The notes under the pieces are model-generated. The model ran no database searches, was not told where the DNA came from, and worked only from the letters and a program-made list of their open reading frames with translations. Position numbers and translations under genes: made by a program. Shown here piece after piece: positions 19,668-28,446 of a stretch of DNA of 64,000 nt. Numbering within the stretch: position 1 is the first letter of the stretch; every line of letters begins with the position of its first letter. Origin of the DNA: a virus (lineage: Duplodnaviria > Heunggongvirae > Uroviricota > Caudoviricetes); IMG/VR virus record IMGVR_UViG_3300009177_000029, positions 41,064-105,063 of that record. One strand, written 5' to 3'.

Positions 19668-22600
19668 GCTAGTCCTGTTGTTGGTGAACCAAAGGAATCA
19701 AATGCCTCGGAAAGTGCAGAGCTGTCGATACCACCCTGTGGATTGGTCTGTACTGCGGATGTTGTAGAACCTGCACCAGTCAGTGTTGGATCTCCAATCG
19801 AATCCACACCTTGTGCCAAGTCCAAAGAAGACTGCGAAACGGACGCTAGAATCTGTTCGTTGTACTTGTCCTTCAAAGTACCGTTCTGATCTGCTGTATC
19901 CACCGTGTTGAACACTTCACTTGTACGTTGAGCCAAGGTCAACGCTGCGCCACTCTGACGTTCTAGCTTCGTAGCTCTACGCACAGAGATAGGGTCTGGA
20001 ACGATGAAGTACGTAGCCAAACGTGAACCAGTCTGACGCTGTGTTCCGGTAGGATCGAAGCCATTGATGAACGGCAACACGTACGACGGATACGGGTTGC
20101 TTGGCTGTCCACGAGTAACATGCAACGTCGTAGTCATCGGCTTGAGAATCTGCCAGTTGTGAGAAACACCTTCTACATAGAACGAGAGGTTGCGATCTAC
20201 CAAATCTAGACGATACCCAACACGAATCTCTGGCGCTCCGCGCATGTCGATCGTACCTGAAATGTACTCAAGGTTGTGTTGGTACCAGTGGTCATTGAGC
20301 AAGGCCCAACGAGCAATCTGACGACGAGTAGATGGTGTATCTACGTGGCCGACGACAACTTGCGTTGTCTCAGTGTCTACAGCAGTGTCAGCCTGGACAG
20401 GCGTAGATACTGGCGGTGTTTCTGCGGTAGGCACAAGTTCGTCTGCATCACCGTCATACGCACCATCTGTTCCCAAACTAGTAGCAGGGTCAGTAGACGT
20501 CGCTACTGTGTCTGGGTCTGCGGTATCACGTGACGTGTGAGTTGTGAGACCCCAACCGGCAAGCACGTCTACCGGATTCTGGCTCACAGAACGGCTTGAG
20601 TCTGGAAGTCCTGGCTGTGATGCGGACACTTGTGTTGTACCACCCGCCGGCGTAGAAGCGGGCGCCCAACCACCGTTGGAAGCAAGCTGTGTGTTCGTCG
20701 TCAACACGTCTGGTGTAAGACGCTGGTTCATCGAAGGATAGACGCGAGGATTGCTAGGCTGCTTCTTCAACGTCTCGAAGTGCAAGTGAGGCGCCATGCT
20801 ACGGTCCACGAAACCAGTGCAACCAACTTCACCAATCTTGTCTCCAGCATGCACACGCTGACGGACGTAGGTTCCATCCGAGCGCAACTCTCGTGCCATA
20901 CGCGTACGCGCGTTCTCACTAGTACCCTGTACGAAGCGAGGTTCGATTGCACGCAAGTGAGCGTACAACGTGAACATAGCACCGTCTTGAATCGTACCCT
21001 CATCGGAAGCTGGGCTATCTCCATCATGGTAGATGATGACAGTTCCACCGTAACCGTTGAATCCAGGCGTTGGTGCTCCACGACCACTTGCCAAATCAAC
21101 GTTACGAGCTGGCGAAGCACATACTACCCAACCATCACGCACAGCGTACACAGGTGTGCCAACAGGTGCTGCAAAGTCCGCGCCATTGTGGAATCGCCAA
21201 ATGTTGTTTCCGCGAGGCACAATGTCCTGCTGATTGAATGGACGGAACGGCGTCAATACCGTGGGGTTTGCACGATCAAGAGCGTAAGGACGATTACGGT
21301 AACCGTAGTTACTGGAAATGAATCCTTGCGTGTAGTGACCATCTGGACCCACCACCTCATCGATTGGCAAACGTGTGGTGCCGGATACGGCTGGTGGAGC
21401 TGGTGCTTCGTCCTGAGTCGTGTCCGCAGGTTGTGGCTGCGGTTGTGTACGGTTCACGGTTTCTAGTGTGAATCGACCAAAGCGCGTCTGTAGAGAACGC
21501 ACGCGCAAACCGTGACGCACGATGTGAATAGGTGTGATGATCGGAAGCAAGTCCTGCATGAAGAAGCGTGCATCCTCACCAAGAACTGCGTCTGAGTAGA
21601 ACTCGAACAAGTTGTAGTGGTCTGCATCACTGCGTGTGAACTTACTGGATGAGATCTCATTGTCATGAACTACAGCAACATCCAAGTGCTTTGGACCTAC
21701 CTTCGTAGGCATTGCTCCGGACAAGTCTTCTACGTTCATGTTCGGAACGTAGACCACATGACGCCCTGGAATGTTTGGCTGGTCGCTGTAGATAGCACCG
21801 AAGTAAATGAGTCCGAGAGTTTCTTGAGCAGCTTCGGTGGCCCCTGAGGTGGCACGAACAGTCAACGAAATATCAGACGCGTCCAAGCGGTCGATGCTTG
21901 AGAATGGGTACTCACGCATGATGATCGCTGGTGCATACTGGATACCGTTGTTTGTATCGTCATCTGCGATGTTGCCTTCGATTTCATCGTGGTCACGACT
22001 GAAATCTGTGCCTGCTGTCAAACCACCATCACGAGAGATTGGACGCAAGTCAAAGAACAACTCGTTCACAACTTCATTAGACATGAAGTTCAAGAAGCTC
22101 ATGACGTTACCCTGACGCTCCCAAACCGGAGCACCCGCAGTGTACCCGTCAATGGCGGTACGTTCCACGAAAGTGAATACATCAAGAACGTCCAACAAAG
22201 ATGGTGGGTAACCAGTCAACGTCGTGTTGAGGATGTTGTACGCTTCCACGCCACGTTCACGGCCACCAACTGTGCTCTCCTCACCAATACCCGATCCTGT
22301 CGAACCAAGGATGCCAGTTGCGGCTTCACGCAGTCTGTCACGCTCTGACTGCTGCACAGCGTCTGCTGAGGTGTCATCTGGCGACGTGAGAGTCGTCACA
22401 TCCGTAGACAGTCCACGATCTTGGCGTAGCTGCTCAAGGAAGTTGGCATACCCGTTCGCTTGTAGAATCTGCTGACGAGCATCCGAGCTGAGACGATTGA
22501 GGATGAAGTCTGCACGTTGCTGCCTAATACGGTCAGCAAGGCGTGGGTTGTAGCTGGTAGGCAACAAGAACTGTGTGCCAAAGCCCATCAACAGTAGCAT

Positions 22601-23131
22601 GATGTTGATGACCAAATCAGCAGGATTGCCGTTCATTGCAACACCACGCGTCATCAATCCCAAACCACCGATGTTTGGAGTGCCAATGAACCCACCGTTG
22701 AAATCCGCACGAGACGCCACGTGTGGGTTGAAGTAAATCTGTGTCTTCTCTACGGCCTTCTGGAAATCCGAACAGGTAAGTGAGTAGACTGTTAGCGGCA
22801 CGCCATTGGCATCCACGCTGTAAGACTCTTCAATACTGTCCACGAAGCCGTAGAACAAGCGCGTCCAGCCTTGGCCGTCACCGCGATTGACATAGAAGTT
22901 GATGTGGTCGTTCGGGTAAATCAGGTTCAACCAGTTACGTTCGGCAGTCAATCCAAGCTGTAGTGAACCTACAGACTTGAGCATCTTGTTCGTGCCGAAG
23001 CGTACAATCGAGTTGGAGATATCGATTGGGTTGTTTGAGTTGTGAGAATGTACCACGACCTTGACAGTCGTACGATAGCGACGAATGCCGTCAGGCCCAA
23101 CTTCACGACTCAAAACTGTGACAGCACTCAA
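19664..23131 (-). CDS. Baseplate hub with inserted M23 metallopeptidase
   Basis: HNGADFAAPVGTPVYAVRDG, LYAHL, HLHFE (M23); C-terminal PEIRVGYRL...FYVEGVSHNW hub signature. Confidence 0.8.
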   Translation of the reverse strand: MSAVTVLSREVGPDGIRRYRTTVKVVVHSHNSNNPIDISNSIVRFGTNKMLKSVGSLQLGLTAERNWLNLIYPNDHINFYVNRGDGQGWTRLFYGFVDSIEESYSVDANGVPLTVYSLTCSDFQKAVEKTQIYFNPHVASRADFNGGFIGTPNIGGLGLMTRGVAMNGNPADLVINIMLLLMGFGTQFLLPTSYNPRLADRIRQQRADFILNRLSSDARQQILQANGYANFLEQLRQDRGLSTDVTTLTSPDDTSADAVQQSERDRLREAATGILGSTGSGIGEESTVGGRERGVEAYNILNTTLTGYPPSLLDVLDVFTFVERTAIDGYTAGAPVWERQGNVMSFLNFMSNEVVNELFFDLRPISRDGGLTAGTDFSRDHDEIEGNIADDDTNNGIQYAPAIIMREYPFSSIDRLDASDISLTVRATSGATEAAQETLGLIYFGAIYSDQPNIPGRHVVYVPNMNVEDLSGAMPTKVGPKHLDVAVVHDNEISSSKFTRSDADHYNLFEFYSDAVLGEDARFFMQDLLPIITPIHIVRHGLRVRSLQTRFGRFTLETVNRTQPQPQPADTTQDEAPAPPAVSGTTRLPIDEVVGPDGHYTQGFISSNYGYRNRPYALDRANPTVLTPFRPFNQQDIVPRGNNIWRFHNGADFAAPVGTPVYAVRDGWVVCASPARNVDLASGRGAPTPGFNGYGGTVIIYHDGDSPASDEGTIQDGAMFTLYAHLRAIEPRFVQGTSENARTRMARELRSDGTYVRQRVHAGDKIGEVGCTGFVDRSMAPHLHFETLKKQPSNPRVYPSMNQRLTPDVLTTNTQLASNGGWAPASTPAGGTTQVSASQPGLPDSSRSVSQNPVDVLAGWGLTTHTSRDTADPDTVATSTDPATSLGTDGAYDGDADELVPTAETPPVSTPVQADTAVDTETTQVVVGHVDTPSTRRQIARWALLNDHWYQHNLEYISGTIDMRGAPEIRVGYRLDLVDRNLSFYVEGVSHNWQILKPMTTTLHVTRGQPSNPYPSYVLPFINGFDPTGTQRQTGSRLATYFIVPDPISVRRATKLERQSGAALTLAQRTSEVFNTVDTADQNGTLKDKYNEQILASVSQSSLDLAQGVDSIGDPTLTGAGSTTSAVQTNPQGGIDSSALSEAFDSFGSPTTGLA

Positions 23132-25239
23132 GGAGAACCTCCGGTTGCATCCACACGACCACGAGCACCGGGTGGGATTGCAATACCCAAACCTGTCATT
23201 GCGGCAATCAACTCACGACGAGTGTGAATGTCCTCAGGGTTGATTTCAGAACCACGACCCATCTGGTCTGCCAAGCGGTCAAGAAGCGCGACGGCACGTG
23301 CCAAGTCTTGCTGAGACTGTGCCACAGCGCGGTCAGCATCGGACATAGCACTGACACCTGGGATGGTGTTGACAAGAGCAGTTGCGATTTCATTCGCGAT
23401 TGCGCTTGGACTATCAGCAGACTGCTGCTGTAGTTGTGATGCTTGTACGAGACCTACGATAGCCTCGCTGAGTTCATCATTCGTATACGAGCCACCTCTA
23501 GAAGCACGACTGTAGACGGTAGAACCCGCACCTTCCAGAGACCATGCTTCCTTACGCATGTCCATTGACTCACGCATTGACGTAGTCCCAGCAGTCGTGA
23601 ACCCAGCAGGATCTTCCAAGAAGTGAACCAAGTTCTCAATAGCCGGTTCCAGCATCTTCATGGTCGAATCCACACCCTCAAGTGTCTTCTGCACCAAGGG
23701 CATAGTCGTCATGAGGTAGCGGTGCATCATGTCTTGCATGTCTTCCACTGCTGCTGCATACGACTCACCACGTGTGATGTCCTTCACTTGAACATCCGCT
23801 GCGCGCTTGGATGCGCCCAAGAAACCCTTCATATTGTCATCGATGCTCTTGAGTACGTCAAGTTCGGTTGCAGTGCTGGACTGTAGTAGCTGGTCTACCT
23901 TCTCTTGATCACCCTTGTCAAAGGCATCACGAATCTTCTCCAAGTAGTCCAGAGAGATTCCGGTCACCTTATCCAAGTACAAGTTGGCTTCCTGCTTCGA
24001 ACCGTTGATGCGGTCTGCATTGTCGATCATCTGCTTGATGAGACTTGCACCACCTGTGCCCGAAAGACCTAGCTCTTGCTGCTTAGTAGCTTCGTAGTAG
24101 CTCGCACCGCCGCCAGCCTTACCAAAGCCTAGTGTGTTCAAGATGAACGCACGGCCTTCCTCACCGCCACCAGGTCCCTTGATAGCTGCGTCGAACTTGT
24201 TAGCGATGGCTGCACCGCGAGCACCCTGCAAACCTGCAATGCCACTCTGACCAAACAAGGACAAGATTTGTGCCATTGGCAAGCCGTTGACTGCTCCACC
24301 AGAAACACCACCCGCACCCTGCACGAAGGACTTAACACCCTCAAGGTATTCAGGCAATGTGGACGCATCTACGCCACCCTTCACAGCAGCTTGCAAGATC
24401 TTCTGGAAGTCCTTGAAGCCCTTCTCTCCGAAGCCACCGCCACCACGACGCAACTCACCGAACATGCCAGACACTTCGCCAGTGTCTAGTCCTAGGACAC
24501 GCGCTGCGGTCATGCCACGTTCTGCGTCTCCACCGTTTCCGGTTGATCGGCTAAACTGTCGTACAGCCTGTAGTGTCTCTTCTGGTGAGTAACCAAGCTG
24601 TGTCATCTTGTTACGTGCAAGGTCGTTCACACCCGGTTGAGTCAAGCCTGCACCAAATGGTGCTCCCTTGTTCAATCCCGAGAGACCGCCCATGGCACGC
24701 ATGTACGTGAAGTACGCCTGGTAGTCGCTTGAGACGGCCGCGAATGGCATCGTAGCGAGGGCAGCCAAACCACCACCCGCCATACCGATGCCTGCCCTCA
24801 GACCGCCTCCTAGAGCCGAGCCGGCACGTGCGCGCCAGTTTGGCTGATTGCGACCGCCATTGGAAAAGCCCATGGCACGATTGAAACCACCGCCGAAAGT
24901 ATAGCGACCCTTTGGGTCACCACCACGTCCACCGCCTCGCCCACCAGCAGCAAGCCGATTCTGTTCGCTCATGAGCTTGTTCTGACGTTCCAAGAGCTTG
25001 TTCTTGCGTTCAATCTCTCGGTTCTGCTTCTTTAGCTCATCCGTAACCTTCTTGGTGTTAGCAGGGCCGCCCACCTGATTCTGCTGCTTCTGGACCTTGA
25101 GGGCGTTTGTCATCGCCTTCTTGTTGTCCGCAGTGAGCTTGTGCGCATCACGGGCATACTTCTTCATGCCCGCTTCTGCGTCTTTACCCTGCCACTTACC
25201 AATGATATTTACGACGTGGTTAGTTTCTGACATGATCAA
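23128..25239 (-). CDS. Tape measure protein
   Basis: 703 aa G/A-rich helical protein between tail chaperones and baseplate hub. Confidence 0.75.
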   Translation of the reverse strand: MIMSETNHVVNIIGKWQGKDAEAGMKKYARDAHKLTADNKKAMTNALKVQKQQNQVGGPANTKKVTDELKKQNREIERKNKLLERQNKLMSEQNRLAAGGRGGGRGGDPKGRYTFGGGFNRAMGFSNGGRNQPNWRARAGSALGGGLRAGIGMAGGGLAALATMPFAAVSSDYQAYFTYMRAMGGLSGLNKGAPFGAGLTQPGVNDLARNKMTQLGYSPEETLQAVRQFSRSTGNGGDAERGMTAARVLGLDTGEVSGMFGELRRGGGGFGEKGFKDFQKILQAAVKGGVDASTLPEYLEGVKSFVQGAGGVSGGAVNGLPMAQILSLFGQSGIAGLQGARGAAIANKFDAAIKGPGGGEEGRAFILNTLGFGKAGGGASYYEATKQQELGLSGTGGASLIKQMIDNADRINGSKQEANLYLDKVTGISLDYLEKIRDAFDKGDQEKVDQLLQSSTATELDVLKSIDDNMKGFLGASKRAADVQVKDITRGESYAAAVEDMQDMMHRYLMTTMPLVQKTLEGVDSTMKMLEPAIENLVHFLEDPAGFTTAGTTSMRESMDMRKEAWSLEGAGSTVYSRASRGGSYTNDELSEAIVGLVQASQLQQQSADSPSAIANEIATALVNTIPGVSAMSDADRAVAQSQQDLARAVALLDRLADQMGRGSEINPEDIHTRRELIAAMTGLGIAIPPGARGRVDATGGSP

Positions 25240-25760
25240 TCGTCATCCAAATCGACACCAAACGTAGGCTTGTCGAACAGCTCTTCTAGCTGTCTTTGCT
25301 TCTCTGCTGAGAGGCCCTTGAAGCCTAGTGTCTTTGCGTCTTCGAGGTTACTGGTCTGTAGGATACGTGCCATCTTAGTGTTTGCATCCTTAATAGTCAT
25401 CCCCTGATATGGATCGCGGTCCTTCGCTCGCTGTCGCATCTTAGCCAAGCCTGCAAGAGACTCTTCCGTGAATGCTTCATTCAAGTCTGGGATTTCGCCA
25501 CGAGCAATCTGCTCTTCCCACTTGTCGACCATTTCGTCACCAGTTTCAGAGAACTGGATTTCGCCAGCTTCGTTACGGTGAGCTTCGATTGGACGCTTCT
25601 CATATGCGTCCACATAGAACTCGGTAACTAGATCAAACAGCGTTTGATCTAGGAAGAGTTCATGGTTCGAGGGAAGCTTGTACTTTTTCGACCACCACCG
25701 GGACAATGCTTCCAGCATGGTTGGTTTGCGGAACTGGCGACGTGCTTCCTCCTTCGCCAT
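25236..25760 (-). CDS. Tail assembly chaperone, downstream frame (GT-like)
   Basis: Precedes tape measure; overlaps upstream chaperone ORF by ~100 nt. Confidence 0.55.
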   Translation of the reverse strand: MAKEEARRQFRKPTMLEALSRWWSKKYKLPSNHELFLDQTLFDLVTEFYVDAYEKRPIEAHRNEAGEIQFSETGDEMVDKWEEQIARGEIPDLNEAFTEESLAGLAKMRQRAKDRDPYQGMTIKDANTKMARILQTSNLEDAKTLGFKGLSAEKQRQLEELFDKPTFGVDLDDD

Positions 25761-26142
25761 TGATTCCAGCGAGCGCTCTGTCAGATTGCCTACTGAGAAA
25801 CGTTTGCTCGAACTGCATCACCTCCTGGAACACGGTCACGATCAGACCTGTGTCCGTAACTACGTCGAGGTTCCACCATGCTGGTGCTTCCTTGATCGAT
25901 AGTTCTAGGTGAGCAATCATCGCGTTGTTCTCATCGGTGTCCTTGTCGATGCCACGACCCGGGTGAGCTGCATCGTAATGCATGCCTCCGTTGAGCTGTG
26001 CCTTGCGGACACCCATTGCTGCGATGTCACGAATCGAGAGCTTCTTGATCGTGAACTTGCCGAGGTATCGCGTCTCGTCCTGATCGGACTGATAGTCGAT
26101 ACTAAACACGTGAATATTCTTCTGCTTTGCTTTTGTCGTCAT
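25660..26142 (-). CDS. Tail assembly chaperone (G-like)
   Basis: Follows tail tube; start at MTTKAK with AAGGAG SD; IKEAPAWWNLD motif. Confidence 0.65.
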   Translation of the reverse strand: MTTKAKQKNIHVFSIDYQSDQDETRYLGKFTIKKLSIRDIAAMGVRKAQLNGGMHYDAAHPGRGIDKDTDENNAMIAHLELSIKEAPAWWNLDVVTDTGLIVTVFQEVMQFEQTFLSRQSDRALAGINGEGGSTSPVPQTNHAGSIVPVVVEKVQASLEP

Positions 26143-26161
26143 CCCGAACACTCCTTAAACA

Positions 26162-26190
26162 TATGTACCACTCCTGGCACAAACTGTCAA
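26162..26190 (-). promoter_or_regulatory. Sigma70-type promoter
   Basis: TTGACA-N17-TACATA with TG extension. Confidence 0.5.
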
Positions 26191-26285
26191 GAAAGTACGG
26201 ATGGGTGGATGTCACCCAACTGTCACTTGACAGGAACCAGGACACACGCCAGGATCCTCCTGACGCTGATATCATGAGTGATCAC

Positions 26286-26325
26286 AAGAAAAGAGAAGGG
26301 ATCCAGTAGAACCAGATCCCTTCTC
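26286..26325 (-). terminator. Intrinsic terminator after tail tube
   Basis: GAGAAGGGATC/GATCCCTTCTC 11-bp stem followed by TTTTCTT. Confidence 0.8.
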
Positions 26326-26339
26326 CAATCATTCCTGGA

Positions 26340-26765
26340 TCAAGCAGGATTCTCGAACTCGTCGAGAACTCTGATGGACACGAAGGTCACGTTCTCTTGA
26401 ACGATACCACGAGCCGTCACATCCCACGAGTGACCTGCACAACGTACGCCCTGGAATAGCGCGACTGTTTGACGAGTCACGATATCCTGGATTGCCGCTT
26501 CTAGGTCACCAGAAGTGATGATCTCTTCCTGACGTGGAAGAATGCCGAGCTTCTTGAGCGAGTCACCAACGACACGGAAAACCTGTGCGTTGAGAGACGT
26601 GCGGTAAGCTACTGGCACGAACTCACGAACCTCAAGGAGCGCGAGTACGTCCACAGGCTCGTAGTCAATCATCTCTTCACCAGATACGCCTCCTGCGAAA
26701 GCGACTGGCACAGAGTTGATGAGGAACACTGCGCGTGCTCCTGAAAATGTCTTTGATGCAGCCAT
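26340..26765 (-). CDS. Tail tube protein
   Basis: 141 aa downstream of sheath; SGARAVFLINSVPVAFA...VDVLALLEVREFVPV resembles SPO1/Twort-like tube proteins (from recall). Confidence 0.85.
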   Translation of the reverse strand: MAASKTFSGARAVFLINSVPVAFAGGVSGEEMIDYEPVDVLALLEVREFVPVAYRTSLNAQVFRVVGDSLKKLGILPRQEEIITSGDLEAAIQDIVTRQTVALFQGVRCAGHSWDVTARGIVQENVTFVSIRVLDEFENPA

Positions 26766-26782
26766 AGGTTACTCCTTAGAGG

Positions 26783-26836
26783 AAAAGGTGGTGGGAGGGT
26801 AATCCGGAGGGGACGACGAAGACCACCCTCCCACCA
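26783..26836 (-). terminator. Terminator-like hairpin upstream of tube gene
   Basis: 12-bp TGGTGGGAGGGT/ACCCTCCCACCA stem followed by CCTTTT. Confidence 0.5.
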
Positions 26837-26849
26837 TAGCCCAAGTATA

Positions 26850-28427
26850 TCAGGTAGGTAGCACGAACGCTACAACCGCCGCCTCTGCCTGAGCGATAGC
26901 CAAAGCAAGGAGCTTGTTGTTAGCAGGCTGACCGCCTGGGTGAACCCTGTCAAACACACCATCGCGAGCGCTGATGGTAATCGTCTGGCTGGAACCTGGT
27001 GCAGACAAACCGCCAGTAATAACCAACGAGGATTCGTCGTTACCACGGATGATTGCTGATACACCGTTGATGGTGAGCTTCATGTCCTTGAACTGGTCGA
27101 TACGAAGATCCGTACGGGTCGTCTTGATGCGAGTTGCCGTCGAGCCAGAACCAGTGGTCAAGGTTGCCATGGTTGGAACAGTGATGTCCGAACCAAAGCT
27201 TCCGCCCGAAAGTGTTGCTCCACCCCATGCTACGTGCGTGCTGGAAGCGGTCGTCGTGATAGCATTTCCAGCCGTACCGGACACCTTTGCGATGACCGAC
27301 ACGTTTGCGCTGGCAGCCACGGCACGAACGTCTGCGTTGAGAGTCGTAGCCGCTGCGTACGTGGTACCCGAACCTGCACCCAAGTTGATTGCAGCGATGA
27401 GGTTGTCACGAGAAGCTGCTGCGTCTGCGCCACGGAGAACGTGACCATCGACGTTCGTCAACGACGTCTGGAAGGTGTAAACCTTTCCGTTGATCGTCAC
27501 GGTGTCAGCATCTGCTGGCTGAGTGGTGATGGTGAGCAAACCAGTTGCTGATGCCAAACCATACTGCTGGCAGATCTTGATGAGAGCGTTCTGTACGATA
27601 CGCCAGTCACCAAGTAGGTTACCTGGAGGCGCATCTGCCAAACCCTTGCCCTGACGGAGAGCTACGATGTCGGAGCTGCACAACGTTGCTACGATTTCAT
27701 ACGTATCGCCGTTGACAACTGCGGCAGGAAGCGTCTGCACAGTCAAGGTGGAGTCGGTGTTCGCGAGAATCACTGCTGATACTCCGCGAAGAGCAGCCGT
27801 GGTCGTGTTCGACTTGAACTTGACCATGTTGCCTACCTGCTGGTTTGGTACGTAGGTACCTGCACCATCTACTACCAAGGTAGCAGACGAACCAGTCAAA
27901 GCCGTGAGCGTGCCAGGCTGGCTGAGCGCGTTCTGGAAGAGTTCAAGAACAGTGCTCATGTCCTGTGCGCGTAGGAAGTTGAGAGGCAACGTCTGGATGG
28001 TTGCTTCTCCGCTACCCTGTGCACCACCCGAGAGGGCAGTTGGACCACTTGCTACGCCGATCGAACCTGCGCCAGCGCCGTCTGGAACGAAGGCGCGGAC
28101 GAGTTTCGAAGCTGCCGAAGAAGCGTTCACCGCTGCGGCAATCAACGTTGCAGTGTTGTTGCCAGCGTTTGGGGTACCCGAGGTCTGGTCAAGCGCAATC
28201 GTGATTGCGTTACCAGATACGGAGACCGTGAGGCCAGCCGTCACCGAAGGAATCGTCACCTGTACGGTGATGTTGTTTCCTGGTGCGCCAGGGTCTTGCG
28301 CCTGGATGATGATCGATGACGTACCCGAGCCCAACGAGAGCTGAGCAGTACGGTAGTCAATACCAGTACGTAGAAGATCACGGATCTTCTTGATGTACAT
28401 TGCGTTTACTGTAGGAAGTGCAGGCAT
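26850..28427 (-). CDS. Structural protein between sheath and tube (beta-rich, decoration-like)
   Basis: 525 aa, AQDPGAPGNNITVQV sheath-insert-like segment, T/A/G-rich. Confidence 0.6.
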   Translation of the reverse strand: MPALPTVNAMYIKKIRDLLRTGIDYRTAQLSLGSGTSSIIIQAQDPGAPGNNITVQVTIPSVTAGLTVSVSGNAITIALDQTSGTPNAGNNTATLIAAAVNASSAASKLVRAFVPDGAGAGSIGVASGPTALSGGAQGSGEATIQTLPLNFLRAQDMSTVLELFQNALSQPGTLTALTGSSATLVVDGAGTYVPNQQVGNMVKFKSNTTTAALRGVSAVILANTDSTLTVQTLPAAVVNGDTYEIVATLCSSDIVALRQGKGLADAPPGNLLGDWRIVQNALIKICQQYGLASATGLLTITTQPADADTVTINGKVYTFQTSLTNVDGHVLRGADAAASRDNLIAAINLGAGSGTTYAAATTLNADVRAVAASANVSVIAKVSGTAGNAITTTASSTHVAWGGATLSGGSFGSDITVPTMATLTTGSGSTATRIKTTRTDLRIDQFKDMKLTINGVSAIIRGNDESSLVITGGLSAPGSSQTITISARDGVFDRVHPGGQPANNKLLALAIAQAEAAVVAFVLPT

Positions 28428-28446
28428 GATTACTTACTCCTTAGAT

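Noticed and set aside
25740-25830. Canonical -1 slippery heptamer for tail chaperones
   Set aside because: No X-XXY-YYZ site, and the downstream ORF is in the +1 frame
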